Of a stretch of 64,000 nucleotides of DNA, positions 30,862 through 39,669 are shown piece after piece. Within the stretch, counting starts at the first letter, position 1; each line of letters starts with the position of its first letter. This stretch comes from Vulcanimicrobiales bacterium. Lineage in GTDB: Bacteria > Vulcanimicrobiota > Vulcanimicrobiia > Vulcanimicrobiales > Vulcanimicrobiaceae. Location of the stretch: positions 1 to 64,000 of the forward strand of contig JBBQQR010000008.1 of NCBI GenBank assembly GCA_038215615.1. Reading direction: 5' to 3'. The position numbers were made by a program, and so were the translations under genes. The notes below the pieces were generated by a model that was given only the letters and a program-made list of their open reading frames with translations, was not told the DNA's origin and ran no database searches.

Positions 30862-31368
30862 TTACAGAAGGCCCCAATTGGGTTTGCGCGAGACCGCGAA
30901 GGGCGGTCCGGATTCGATGACGATCGTTTCATGGTTTTGCAGCGGGATACGTTTGGGATCTCGCGTCCACACGCGGCCATTCACGAGGAATCGCAGGCTC
31001 GTGCCTCGGCCCGCGCTAAGCCCGCCGGCTTGCGAGCGGCTCAAGTTCACCGCCCAAATATCAAAGAACTGACCCAGCGTAAAGAGTTGATTCACGGGCG
31101 ATTCGATATGAATCATGCCGTTGTTGGAATGCGTGTGCATCCAGTATAGGCAGCCGGCGCCGATCGGAATCCCGATATTCGAAGGGACCGTCTTCTTTCG
31201 GCCGCGGTCGTACATTTGGAGGTTGGCATGGATGTGCAGCGCGGCGCCTTCTCCGGATTCGCAGCGAATGCCGTCGACGGGAAGGCCGCCCAGCATGCTC
31301 TGTGCGCGGCCCGAAACCGTAAGTAATACCAGCATTAGCGCGAGGCTAACCGTGGAACGTCTGTGCAT
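30862..31368 (-). CDS. Exported His-motif hypothetical protein
   Basis: Signal/TM N-terminus; HIH, CLYWMHTH, GMIHIESP and FTLGQFFDIW segments; start set at ATG 31368. Confidence 0.75.
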   Translation of the reverse strand: MHRRSTVSLALMLVLLTVSGRAQSMLGGLPVDGIRCESGEGAALHIHANLQMYDRGRKKTVPSNIGIPIGAGCLYWMHTHSNNGMIHIESPVNQLFTLGQFFDIWAVNLSRSQAGGLSAGRGTSLRFLVNGRVWTRDPKRIPLQNHETIVIESGPPFAVSRKPNWGLL

Positions 31369-31414
31369 AACTAAACTTTGTTGTGGAAACGTTGTGAGTA
31401 CATCGAGCAGCCTA

Positions 31415-31444
31415 TTGCATACGACTTTTGAGCCGTGATACCAT
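31415..31444 (+). promoter_or_regulatory. Sigma70-type promoter for the downstream ncRNA
   Basis: TTGCAT (31415-31420), 18-nt spacer, TACCAT (31439-31444) with extended -10 TG at 31436-31437. Confidence 0.6.
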
Positions 31445-31450
31445 CCATTC

Positions 31451-31650
31451 ACTTCGATAAAACGGAGGGCGATGAACGTATCGGTCGCGACTGGAACATG
31501 TTGACGAAGGCCGGGATGACCGGCAATCTGAGTGACTCAGTTAAACCGCCGGGTACGGCGTCAGTGGGGCTCCGTCACGGGAGTCAAACAGGCGAAGACC
31601 GGTGAGTGAATACGTCGGGGCCCCGGAGAAATCTGGGGCTTCGTCATTTT
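31451..31650 (+). ncRNA. Putative structured ncRNA of about 200 nt, class unassigned (6S/Ms1-like or novel)
   Basis: Intergenic and bounded by a promoter and a terminator. Long-range pairing ACGTAT/ATACGT, ATCGGTC/GACCGGT, TTGAC/GTCAA encloses four short hairpins. Confidence 0.65.
31616..31650 (+). terminator. Intrinsic terminator-like hairpin
   Basis: CGGGGCCCCGGA-GAAA-TCTGGGGCTTCG followed by TCATTTT; three G-U pairs favour the plus strand. Confidence 0.7.
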
Positions 31651-32630
31651 CCGCCGTACATTCCGGCGATCTCACCGGCCAGTTCGGCAATGCGATCGCG
31701 CGCGAGCGCCGGAGATACGATTTCGGCTTGGGCGCCCCAACTCAAGACCCACCGCGCCAGCTCGTCAACATCGGCCACGCTGTACGTTATCTCGACCGGC
31801 CCGTCGCCGTCTTGGGAAACGGCGCGATCCGCGACGATGCGCGCCGCGATTGCGGCCTTCGCTACCCGCGGAGCGAAGCGCACGCGAACGTCGGTCGTTT
31901 CATCGCTGTGAAGCACCCCGCTGATCGAGCTGGCTGCAAACGCCTCGACATTGAACGAAGCCGGCTTCACGAACGTCTGCGCGGTCACCTTAAGGTCCGA
32001 GATGCTGTCGACGGCAAAGGTGCGCTTGTCTTTGCGGGCGCGATCGTAGGCGACACAGTAGACGCGCCCCGCGCTCACGATGAAGCCATAGGGGTCGGCC
32101 TGCCGCTTCGAGCGGACGCCTTCCTTATCGCGGTAGGTGAAGCGGACGCTGCGCGAGCTGCGCTCCGCCGACGATAGCAGTCCGAAGATACGTTCGCCTT
32201 GTTCGTCGAGCCTGATCTCGCTGAGTCTAAATGTCATGGACGAAGGCGTTTCGAGTCGCTCTTTTACGCCCGTGCCGGTCGAGCCCACGATTTTTGCGGT
32301 GACTTCGTCCACGTAGGAGCCGATCGTGCCGCCCAGCGTCGCGCCGATCGAGCGCAGCGCCACCAGCCCGAAGAGTTCGTTGCTGTTCAGCTCGAGCCGT
32401 TTGAGGCTATAGCCGCCCGCGAAGCGGTAGACGTTGGCCGCGCGATCGCAGTACCACGGAAACCCCGCTTCGGCCAAGATGGCGAGATAGCGCCGAAGGC
32501 TGCGCGTGCTGGGACGCCGCTCGCCTTCCGCGATACGGTCTTTCAGATCCTCAAATGAAAAACGCCCCTCATCGATAGCGTTGAGGAGCCGCACGAGCAA
32601 AACGGTTTTCGGCTCACTAGGCCGTTCCAC
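31644..32630 (-). CDS. HTH-WYL-WCX transcriptional regulator (PafBC/DriD-like)
   Basis: wHTH (STRSLRRYLAILAEAGFP), WYL region (RQADPYGF...YCVAYD...RTFAVDSI), WCX (WVLSWGAQAEIVSP). Confidence 0.9.
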   Translation of the reverse strand: MERPSEPKTVLLVRLLNAIDEGRFSFEDLKDRIAEGERRPSTRSLRRYLAILAEAGFPWYCDRAANVYRFAGGYSLKRLELNSNELFGLVALRSIGATLGGTIGSYVDEVTAKIVGSTGTGVKERLETPSSMTFRLSEIRLDEQGERIFGLLSSAERSSRSVRFTYRDKEGVRSKRQADPYGFIVSAGRVYCVAYDRARKDKRTFAVDSISDLKVTAQTFVKPASFNVEAFAASSISGVLHSDETTDVRVRFAPRVAKAAIAARIVADRAVSQDGDGPVEITYSVADVDELARWVLSWGAQAEIVSPALARDRIAELAGEIAGMYGGK

Positions 32631-32661
32631 GTCTTCATTGTGCCATTTTTCTGGCGCTCTG

Positions 32662-34320
32662 TCAGCGGGCGGTCGGCTCGGGTAGCGGCGAAGCCTGCGG
32701 CGGCGGCGATGATTGCGGCGAGGCCTGCGGCTTCGGGAAACAGCCGTTCGGCGCCGTGATGGGCGGCGGGTTTGGCGACGGCGGCGCCGCCGTCAAGCCG
32801 ACCTCGAGCGGATAGAACGAGCCGCCGTCCGTCATGGTCTGGATCTGAATCGAACTCGCACCCGGTGGCGTCTGTATCGCGTCACCGATCTGATAATGCT
32901 CGGCGGCCCGCGCGCATTGTATCTCGATTGCTCGAGTCGCGCCAAAGGCGGTTACCAGGAAATTGCTGCGCACCGGGCCGCCCATCGGCTGCTCGTAGAG
33001 ATAAAGTGCCGCAGTCCGCCCGGTCGGATTCGTGACGGAGAAATTCAGCGTGCGCCAGACGCCGTACTCGCCGAAGTCACGGCCATCAGGCGGTTCGAGG
33101 GTCGGCGGACTGTGCAAACCGTAGTCGAGCGAAACGTCGTCGCCGCCGACCCGGTACGCAAGCGTGTCCCGGGCGTATCCGTCGATATTGAAGACGCCCG
33201 TACGGTGATGGCCGTCGCCCGGAAGCTTTGGTTGCGTCAATAATCCCGGAATCGCAGAGTCCGGCGTATTCTGCGCGACGGCCAGAACCGTCACGTCGAG
33301 CGCGCCGCCGGAAAGAATGCGCACGTCGATATTGCCGGCGACTCCGTTTAGAGGCTGCATCGCAAATCTCTGTGCGATATAGGGAGATTCCGGGGCGACC
33401 GTGATAACGAGCCCCTCGTTGATCGGCTTGCGGCTCAGGAAGTCGCGCGTGACTGCGTGACCGACCTGCATGACGTCGATGTTCGGGCCGGCCGACGCAT
33501 CGATCAGCTGCACGGTCGATGCGCCGGAAGGCGCTGAAAACACGACGGCCAGGTCGCGCGGCTGCGCGTTGTCGTCGTGGTAATAGTAGAGCCGCGCCGG
33601 CGTTGCGGGGTCGATATGCCCGCGATAGAGCACGCCTTCCATCCTTATGTGCTCGGGATCGTCGTCGTAGAAAAGGACGGGCGCCGCAAACGTTTGCGCG
33701 GCCACGTTCTGAAGGTTGACGTTGACGAGCCCACTCATGGGATAGTAGTTATCGCTGCCCGCCACTTGCACCTGAGCGTCAAACGCGCCGATGCTTCCGG
33801 GCGCGAGTGCGGCCGGAAGATTGAAACTCGTTTGCGCTTGGACTCCGGGCTGCAACTGTACGTTGCGCAGTATCGACCGCTGTACCGTCTGCTGCAGCCA
33901 CGATAGATCGACGGGATTTCCCGTGTACTGTACCGACAGTGTTTGCGAAAGAAGTTTGGCCGCATCGACGGCCACGCGGACCGGAATCAAAATGCGCTGC
34001 GCACTTCCATCGGAAATCGTGAGCACGCCGCGGCCGAGCGTTTGCCCGGCGGTTAGCGTAACGACGTGCGCGTTTTGGTCGATGTTCCAGGTGATGATCG
34101 GATTATCGATCGACACGCCGATCGACCCCAGCGAATTAGCAACCGCTACCGGAAGCACGCCGCCCGGATATAAGTGGTCGGCCGCAAACGGCTGCGCGCT
34201 CAACTGCGCCGAGGGAGCCTGCGAAGCGATTGGCGAGGGTGACGAGGTCGGCGATGGTACCGGCGAAGGCGGCACTTGCAGCAATGCCGCAAGCAAGCTC
34301 GCTACGAGTGTCTGCACCAT
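32662..34320 (-). CDS. Exported hypothetical protein with Pro-rich termini
   Basis: 552-aa ORF; signal-like N-terminus, PSP repeats, beta-rich core with FYDDDPE...GVLYRG...RLYYYH. Confidence 0.75.
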   Translation of the reverse strand: MVQTLVASLLAALLQVPPSPVPSPTSSPSPIASQAPSAQLSAQPFAADHLYPGGVLPVAVANSLGSIGVSIDNPIITWNIDQNAHVVTLTAGQTLGRGVLTISDGSAQRILIPVRVAVDAAKLLSQTLSVQYTGNPVDLSWLQQTVQRSILRNVQLQPGVQAQTSFNLPAALAPGSIGAFDAQVQVAGSDNYYPMSGLVNVNLQNVAAQTFAAPVLFYDDDPEHIRMEGVLYRGHIDPATPARLYYYHDDNAQPRDLAVVFSAPSGASTVQLIDASAGPNIDVMQVGHAVTRDFLSRKPINEGLVITVAPESPYIAQRFAMQPLNGVAGNIDVRILSGGALDVTVLAVAQNTPDSAIPGLLTQPKLPGDGHHRTGVFNIDGYARDTLAYRVGGDDVSLDYGLHSPPTLEPPDGRDFGEYGVWRTLNFSVTNPTGRTAALYLYEQPMGGPVRSNFLVTAFGATRAIEIQCARAAEHYQIGDAIQTPPGASSIQIQTMTDGGSFYPLEVGLTAAPPSPNPPPITAPNGCFPKPQASPQSSPPPQASPLPEPTAR

Positions 34321-34430
34321 ATCCTAGAAACGCTAGGAAACACGATCGTATCGCACGATGCTGTACAGCGCGCGATAGGTTTCGCCTGCCGGCACGGAAG
34401 CGGTTAAGCCGAGGAAAAGCGCAAGCGCGG

Positions 34431-36929
34431 TCAGGTCGTCGCGTGCTCCGGCTCGCGCGGCGGCGGCGGTTCGATGCCCGGAATTTTGCTGAACCGCAGT
34501 TTCTCGGGATTGTCGGCATCGACTTCGGCGAGAATGCGATCGCCTGCGCCAAAACGTCCGCGCAGCATCTCTTCGGCGAGTTCGTCTTCGACTTCGCGTT
34601 GGATCGCGCGGCGCAGCGGACGCGCGCCGAATTGCGGATCCCAGCCTTTGCGCGCGAGCAGCCCCTTCGCTTCCTCCGCGACTTCGAGTTCCATGCCCTG
34701 GGCCTTGACTTCGCGCATGACTTTTTCGAGTTCGAGTCCGACGATCTCCTCGATCTGCGGACGCGTCAGTTGATGGAAAACGACCGTTTCGTCGAGACGG
34801 TTGAGAAACTCAGGCCGGAATGTGTGCTTCACTTCTTCCAGCACTTTGTTCTTCATGCGCTCGTACGCGCGCAGTTCGTCTTCTTCCGTGTTCTTCTGCG
34901 TGCGGAAACCGATATCGGTCGTCGTTTGCATCCCGGTGGCGCCGATGTTCGACGTCATCACGATGACCGTGTTTTTGAAATCCACTTGGCGGCCTTGCGA
35001 ATCCGTTAAGCGGCCGTCGTCGAGCACTTGCAGCAGTAGATTGAAAACGTCGGGATGCGCTTTTTCAACTTCGTCGAGCAGAACGACCGCGTACGGACGG
35101 CGCCGCACTGCCTCAGTCAGTTGACCGCCTTCTTCATAACCGACATATCCGGGCGGTGCGCCGACGAGTCGCGAGACCGCGTATTTCTCCATGTACTCGG
35201 ACATGTCGATGCGGATCATCGATTCCTGATCGTCGAATAAGAACTCGGCCACGCTGCGGGCGACCTCGGTCTTGCCGACGCCGGTTGGGCCGAGGAACAA
35301 GAAGCTGCCGATCGGGCGATTCGGATTTTTTAACCCCGCGCGAGAGCGCCGGATGGCGCGCGTAATGACCTCGATCGATTCATTTTGGCCGACCACGCGC
35401 TTGTGCAGCGACGCCTGCATGTTGAGAAGTTTCTCGGTCTCGGCCTGCGCCAGGCGGCTGACCGGAATCTTCGTCCATGAAGAGACGATGTGCGCGATAT
35501 CTTCTTCGGTAACTTTGGAAATCGTATCGCTTTGCGCGCGCTTCTCTTGCCATTCTTGCTCGAGGCGCGCTTTTTCGAGCCGCAATTTTTCTTCACGGTC
35601 GCGCAGCTCGGCGGCCTTGTCGAACTCCTGCGCCTTGACGACGGCCTCTTTTTCGGCGACCAGTTTGCGCAGCTGCGTCTCGACGTCGCGGATTTCTTGC
35701 GGCGGCATACCCGCCTGCAGGCGCACGCGCGAAGCGGCTTCATCAATTAAATCGACGGCCTTGTCCGGCAAGAAGCGATCGGTGATATAGCGATCGCCCA
35801 AGCGCGCGGCGGCGGCTAAGGCCTCGTCGGTGATCTCCACTTTGTGGTGCGCTTCGTAGCGATCGCGCAAACCTTTGAGAATCTCCACGGTTTCCTCAAC
35901 GCTGGGCTCTCCGACCATAACGGGCTGGAATCGGCGTTCGAGGGCCGAGTCTTTCTCGATGTGTTTGCGAAATTCGTTGAGCGTCGTCGCGCCGATGCAT
36001 TGCAGCTCGCCGCGCGCGAGTGCGGGCTTGATGATATTGCTCGCATCGATCGCGCCTTCCGCGGCGCCCGCGCCAACCAGCGTGTGCAGTTCGTCGATGA
36101 ACAGGATGATCTCGCCGGCGGCGCCGCGGATCTCGTCCATGACGCGTTTCATGCGCTCTTCGAATTCGCCGCGATATTTCGTTCCGGCGACCAAGCCGGC
36201 GAGATCGAGCGTAATGACGCGCTTGTCGCGCAGCGGTTCAGGGATATCGCCCTTGATCACGCGCTGCGCTAACCCTTCAGCGATCGCGGTCTTGCCGACG
36301 CCGGGTTCGCCGATCAGCGCGGGGTTATTTTTCGTGCGGCGAGACAGAATCTGGATCACGCGCTCGATTTCGCTGGCCCGTCCTATGACCGGATCGAGTT
36401 TGTTGTCGCGCGCCAGCTGCGTGAGATCGCGTCCGTACGCGTCGAGCGTCGGCGTTTTGCTCTTCCCTTTGGGCGGCGACGGCTGGCCTTCGGCGCCGAG
36501 CAGGGAGGTCGTTTGCACGCGAACCTTCGCAGGATCGACGCCGAGGTTCGTGAGCACGCGCGCGGCGACGCCTTCGCCTTCGCGGATCAATCCTAAAAGG
36601 AGATGCTCGGTCCCGATGTAGTTGTGATTAAGCTGCCGCGCTTCTTCAAACGCCAGTTCGATGACGCGCTTGGCTCGCGGCGTGAAAACCATTTCTTGCT
36701 GAACGGTCTGGCCGCCGCGGCCGACGATCGCTTCTACTTCTTGGCGAACCTTGGCAAGATTGACGCCCAGCGTTTCGAGCACTTTGGCCGCCAGGCTCTC
36801 ACCCTCGGAGATGATGCCGAGCAAAATGTGCTCGGTGCCGATGTAATTGTTACCAAGCCGCTGGGCCTCTTCCTGAGCCAGCACAATGCTGCGCCGCGCG
36901 CGCTCGGTGAACGGTTCCCACATCGACAT
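34431..36929 (-). CDS. clpC: ATP-dependent Clp protease ATP-binding subunit ClpC
   Basis: Two Clp-N repeats, two AAA+ modules ([16 protein letters not shown]), UVR coiled coil, IGF-type loop (DIGF). Confidence 0.96.
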   Translation of the reverse strand: MSMWEPFTERARRSIVLAQEEAQRLGNNYIGTEHILLGIISEGESLAAKVLETLGVNLAKVRQEVEAIVGRGGQTVQQEMVFTPRAKRVIELAFEEARQLNHNYIGTEHLLLGLIREGEGVAARVLTNLGVDPAKVRVQTTSLLGAEGQPSPPKGKSKTPTLDAYGRDLTQLARDNKLDPVIGRASEIERVIQILSRRTKNNPALIGEPGVGKTAIAEGLAQRVIKGDIPEPLRDKRVITLDLAGLVAGTKYRGEFEERMKRVMDEIRGAAGEIILFIDELHTLVGAGAAEGAIDASNIIKPALARGELQCIGATTLNEFRKHIEKDSALERRFQPVMVGEPSVEETVEILKGLRDRYEAHHKVEITDEALAAAARLGDRYITDRFLPDKAVDLIDEAASRVRLQAGMPPQEIRDVETQLRKLVAEKEAVVKAQEFDKAAELRDREEKLRLEKARLEQEWQEKRAQSDTISKVTEEDIAHIVSSWTKIPVSRLAQAETEKLLNMQASLHKRVVGQNESIEVITRAIRRSRAGLKNPNRPIGSFLFLGPTGVGKTEVARSVAEFLFDDQESMIRIDMSEYMEKYAVSRLVGAPPGYVGYEEGGQLTEAVRRRPYAVVLLDEVEKAHPDVFNLLLQVLDDGRLTDSQGRQVDFKNTVIVMTSNIGATGMQTTTDIGFRTQKNTEEDELRAYERMKNKVLEEVKHTFRPEFLNRLDETVVFHQLTRPQIEEIVGLELEKVMREVKAQGMELEVAEEAKGLLARKGWDPQFGARPLRRAIQREVEDELAEEMLRGRFGAGDRILAEVDADNPEKLRFSKIPGIEPPPPREPEHATT

Positions 36930-37021
36930 GTTCTATCTCTCCTACTCTCCTATACCCGTCCGGGCTCCTAGAGGTTGAACTATTAACCCCGCCCCGCTGT
37001 TACCAGCTGCACTCACTCTGC

Positions 37022-37471
37022 TTAGAAGCTGAAGCGCAGGCCGGCAAAACCGGCCGTGGCACCAAAGTCGGTAGTCTGCCGGTAGAGCCGGAGTTCGATC
37101 GAGGTAAACGGGGCCACCGACTTGCCGGCAAAGACCGTAAAGACGGCCCCGGTAGCCCGGTTGCGCGAGAGATTGGCGATTCCGCCGCCCGCCCCGATAT
37201 AGGCGCCGCCGAAGCCGCCGCCGGTAAAACCGCGAATCTCGCCCGTTAGGGCATAGCCCCCGCCTCCGCCAATCGCGGTCAGGAGCGAGGCCTGCACTTC
37301 GAGCGGGACGGCTGGGATCGAAGCGCCGCTGCTCACAATGACGGCGCCGCCGGTCGAGGAGGGCGCATTCGTCGTAAAGCCGCCGGCCGCCACGGAAACC
37401 GAGGCCGAGGCACGCAGCGGCAACGCCCCGAGCACCGCGAGGGTTGCAGCCAGTAACAGTGTAGGACGCAT
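37022..37471 (-). CDS. Small outer-membrane beta-barrel-like protein
   Basis: Signal peptide, Gly/aromatic alternating strands, C-terminal GLRFSF (BAM-type terminal Phe). Confidence 0.6.
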   Translation of the reverse strand: MRPTLLLAATLAVLGALPLRASASVSVAAGGFTTNAPSSTGGAVIVSSGASIPAVPLEVQASLLTAIGGGGGYALTGEIRGFTGGGFGGAYIGAGGGIANLSRNRATGAVFTVFAGKSVAPFTSIELRLYRQTTDFGATAGFAGLRFSF

Positions 37472-37531
37472 GGGCGGAGTTTTTGCCACTCGAAGGCGAG
37501 GGCCTCGCAGGAGGCAAGAAAGGGTCACACG

Positions 37532-37843
37532 ATGCCAACGGTCGATCAGGTTCGCGAAGCACTAGCGGAAGTCAAAGATCCCGAGCTGCAGCTCGGCATT
37601 TTGGAGCTGGGACTCGTCTACGATGTTGCCGTCGCGGGCGATGGTGGCGAGCATGTCGTCGTGACGATGACACTCACTTCGCCGATGTGCCCGGTCGGCC
37701 CGATGTTCAAGCAATCCGTGGAAGATCGCGTCAAAGCGGTTGACGGAGTCAAAGACGTCGTCGTTGACATCACATTCACGCCGCCATGGGATCCCAAAGA
37801 AATGGCTAGCGACGACGTGAAGGCGCTGCTCGGAATTTGGTAG
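37532..37843 (+). CDS. Metal-sulfur cluster assembly factor (DUF59/SufT/PaaD-like)
   Basis: DPEL...LGLVY, MTLTSPMCP and PPW motifs. Confidence 0.92.
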   Translation: MPTVDQVREALAEVKDPELQLGILELGLVYDVAVAGDGGEHVVVTMTLTSPMCPVGPMFKQSVEDRVKAVDGVKDVVVDITFTPPWDPKEMASDDVKALLGIW

Positions 37844-38072
37844 CCGCGTAGGCGAATCCCACCAACAATTGCGGGATCGCGTAAACCCATCCAGCGGCCG
37901 GCGACCCATGCCAAAACAAGACCAGGAAAATAGCATACCAAACCGCGGCGATCGCATAGAGCGCGCGACGCGTTCCATCCGATTGCGTAACGCTAAAGCC
38001 GGTCTCGATTGCGGCAACCATCGGCGCCGCCAGCACGACGCTGATGACAACCACGAAGAGCGTGTGCCCCAT
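37806..38072 (-). CDS. Small membrane protein, hypothetical
   Basis: Three hydrophobic segments; TAATG overlap with the upstream gene. Confidence 0.55.
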   Translation of the reverse strand: MGHTLFVVVISVVLAAPMVAAIETGFSVTQSDGTRRALYAIAAVWYAIFLVLFWHGSPAAGWVYAIPQLLVGFAYAATKFRAAPSRRR

Positions 38073-38431
38073 TACATGCGCGGGAAGATTTCGGCCGCGT
38101 CGATATCGTCGTGGAGCAGCAGTTTGCCGACCCGCTGTCTTACCGAGAAAAATCCGCGCACCGAGATGCGCTCGCCTTCGTACATCGACGTGTGCTCGCG
38201 CATGAAAACCTGTACGCATCGACCGTTACATAAATAAAACGTTTCGGCGAGCGTTCCAAACGACGCGCCGCGGAGCTGCCGTACGCGCGCTACGCTGCCG
38301 GTAACGATGACCGGACGGCCGGAATAATAGGGCGGGTCGGCGATCAGCGCGCTTGGTGTGGCCGCGTATTCGACAAATGGAGCACAGCCGCCGAAAAGCG
38401 GGAACAGCAGGCACGTCAGCGCGTGAATCAT
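38072..38431 (-). CDS. Hypothetical protein, OB-fold-like
   Basis: Hydrophobic N-terminus; LIADPPYYSGRPVIVTGSV and EGERISVRG segments; ATGA overlap with the GGDEF gene. Confidence 0.55.
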   Translation of the reverse strand: MIHALTCLLFPLFGGCAPFVEYAATPSALIADPPYYSGRPVIVTGSVARVRQLRGASFGTLAETFYLCNGRCVQVFMREHTSMYEGERISVRGFFSVRQRVGKLLLHDDIDAAEIFPRM

Positions 38432-39615
38432 CGCGGAAACTTCGCGGCGCTGCCGAGCAGGCGTTTTTGCGCGTAGAGCTGCGCGTCGGCTTGACGCAGC
38501 GATCCATCCACGTCGAGCGGATTAAACGGGGCAATTCCCCACGACACCGAGAGCTGAACGGGTTCGTGCGCTTCGATAATGTCAAGCGACTTTGGCGGCT
38601 CCATACGCGTGACGCGGTCGCGCGTTTGCTCCGCGGTCAACCCGAAGAGGAGTAAAACGAATTCGTCGCCACCCCAACGGAACACGTAATCTTGCGCGCC
38701 GACGACCTCGCGCAAGCGTTGCGCGACGCTCAAAAGCGCGCGATCCCCGTTATGGTGGCCGTAGGTATCGTTAATGCGCTTGAGATTATTCAAGTCGAGA
38801 ATAACGACGTTGCCCCGATCGCCGCGGGTGCGCAAGCCGTCGGTCAGTGTGTAAAATGCATAGCGGTTGTGCAATCCGGTAAGCGCGTCGACCTTCGCGG
38901 CAACTTCTAGACTGCTAAGCGCGCGATTCAGGGCCGCGTTTCCGTCTTCAACTTCTATGCGCAACTCGTCGAGCAGCGTGATCAGCTGCCCCATTGCGAG
39001 CATCGTCGCCAAGATGCCGCCGCCGACCACTTCGGCCGACCAATAAAGCGCGTTCAGTTCGGCGTGCTGAAAACCCAAGACGGCCGACGCGAAGAGCGTG
39101 CGTCCCATCATGAGCGCGAGCAGCAGGGCGGAGATGAATATCGGGCGCACGCCGCTGAGGCGCCGCTCACCAAGAAACGGATAAATCGCAATGCAGACGC
39201 AGATCATCGAGACGAAGAGCGCCACTTCTGGACCGATCAAGTCGGCGGTGAGATCAGTGCGCGAGGTTACCAGGAGTGCAGCAATTGCGCCGAAGACCAC
39301 CATGCTATTGGCCCACAGCGATACACCTTTGGCCTTCGCGAACTCGTAACAGCCGGCGACCGCGCCGTAACCCGCCGCAATACACAGCAGGGTGCCAACG
39401 TATGCCATCGCGCTCTCGACGCCCGCATTGTGTTGGCCGATGGCTTCGGCAGCAAGAGCAAACGCAAAAAGCGTCCATCCCCGGAACCACCAGCGGCCGC
39501 GCTCGTCCTTGGTGGCGCCCATGAGCAGCAGGAAGAACCCGGCGATGATTGCCATCGCCACGCTCTCGATAGTGAGGATCAGCTGCAGGAGGCTTTGCGC
39601 GCCGAGTTCGATCAT
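38428..39615 (-). CDS. Membrane-anchored diguanylate cyclase
   Basis: About 7 TM segments, then DALTGLHNR, INDTYGH and RWGGDEF. Confidence 0.92.
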   Translation of the reverse strand: MIELGAQSLLQLILTIESVAMAIIAGFFLLLMGATKDERGRWWFRGWTLFAFALAAEAIGQHNAGVESAMAYVGTLLCIAAGYGAVAGCYEFAKAKGVSLWANSMVVFGAIAALLVTSRTDLTADLIGPEVALFVSMICVCIAIYPFLGERRLSGVRPIFISALLLALMMGRTLFASAVLGFQHAELNALYWSAEVVGGGILATMLAMGQLITLLDELRIEVEDGNAALNRALSSLEVAAKVDALTGLHNRYAFYTLTDGLRTRGDRGNVVILDLNNLKRINDTYGHHNGDRALLSVAQRLREVVGAQDYVFRWGGDEFVLLLFGLTAEQTRDRVTRMEPPKSLDIIEAHEPVQLSVSWGIAPFNPLDVDGSLRQADAQLYAQKRLLGSAAKFPR

Positions 39616-39669
39616 CTCGGGAAAGCCGCCTTATAGGAGAAAACGCCCATCCGTTCAAGCCCAGAATCG

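Noticed and set aside
31451..31650. Definite 6S RNA, tmRNA, SRP or riboswitch call
   Set aside because: No diagnostic motifs recognisable by eye; left unassigned pending an Rfam search.
31602..32177. 191-aa plus-strand ORF that could make the structured RNA a 5' leader
   Set aside because: Almost entirely antisense to the WYL gene and crosses the terminator hairpin; no protein motifs.
34321..34430. Short inverted repeats downstream of clpC (TCCTAG-N5-CTAGGA; TATCGC...GCGATA)
   Set aside because: Too short and without a U-tract or a clear second copy to support a terminator or RNA call.
31644..36929. Anti-phage defence island around the WYL gene
   Set aside because: No nuclease, methylase, toxin or other defence genes nearby; neighbours look like core genes.
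36930..37020. Heat-shock operator (CtsR, CIRCE, HAIR) upstream of clpC
   Set aside because: No match seen; only a duplicated TAGGAGAG RBS-like sequence.
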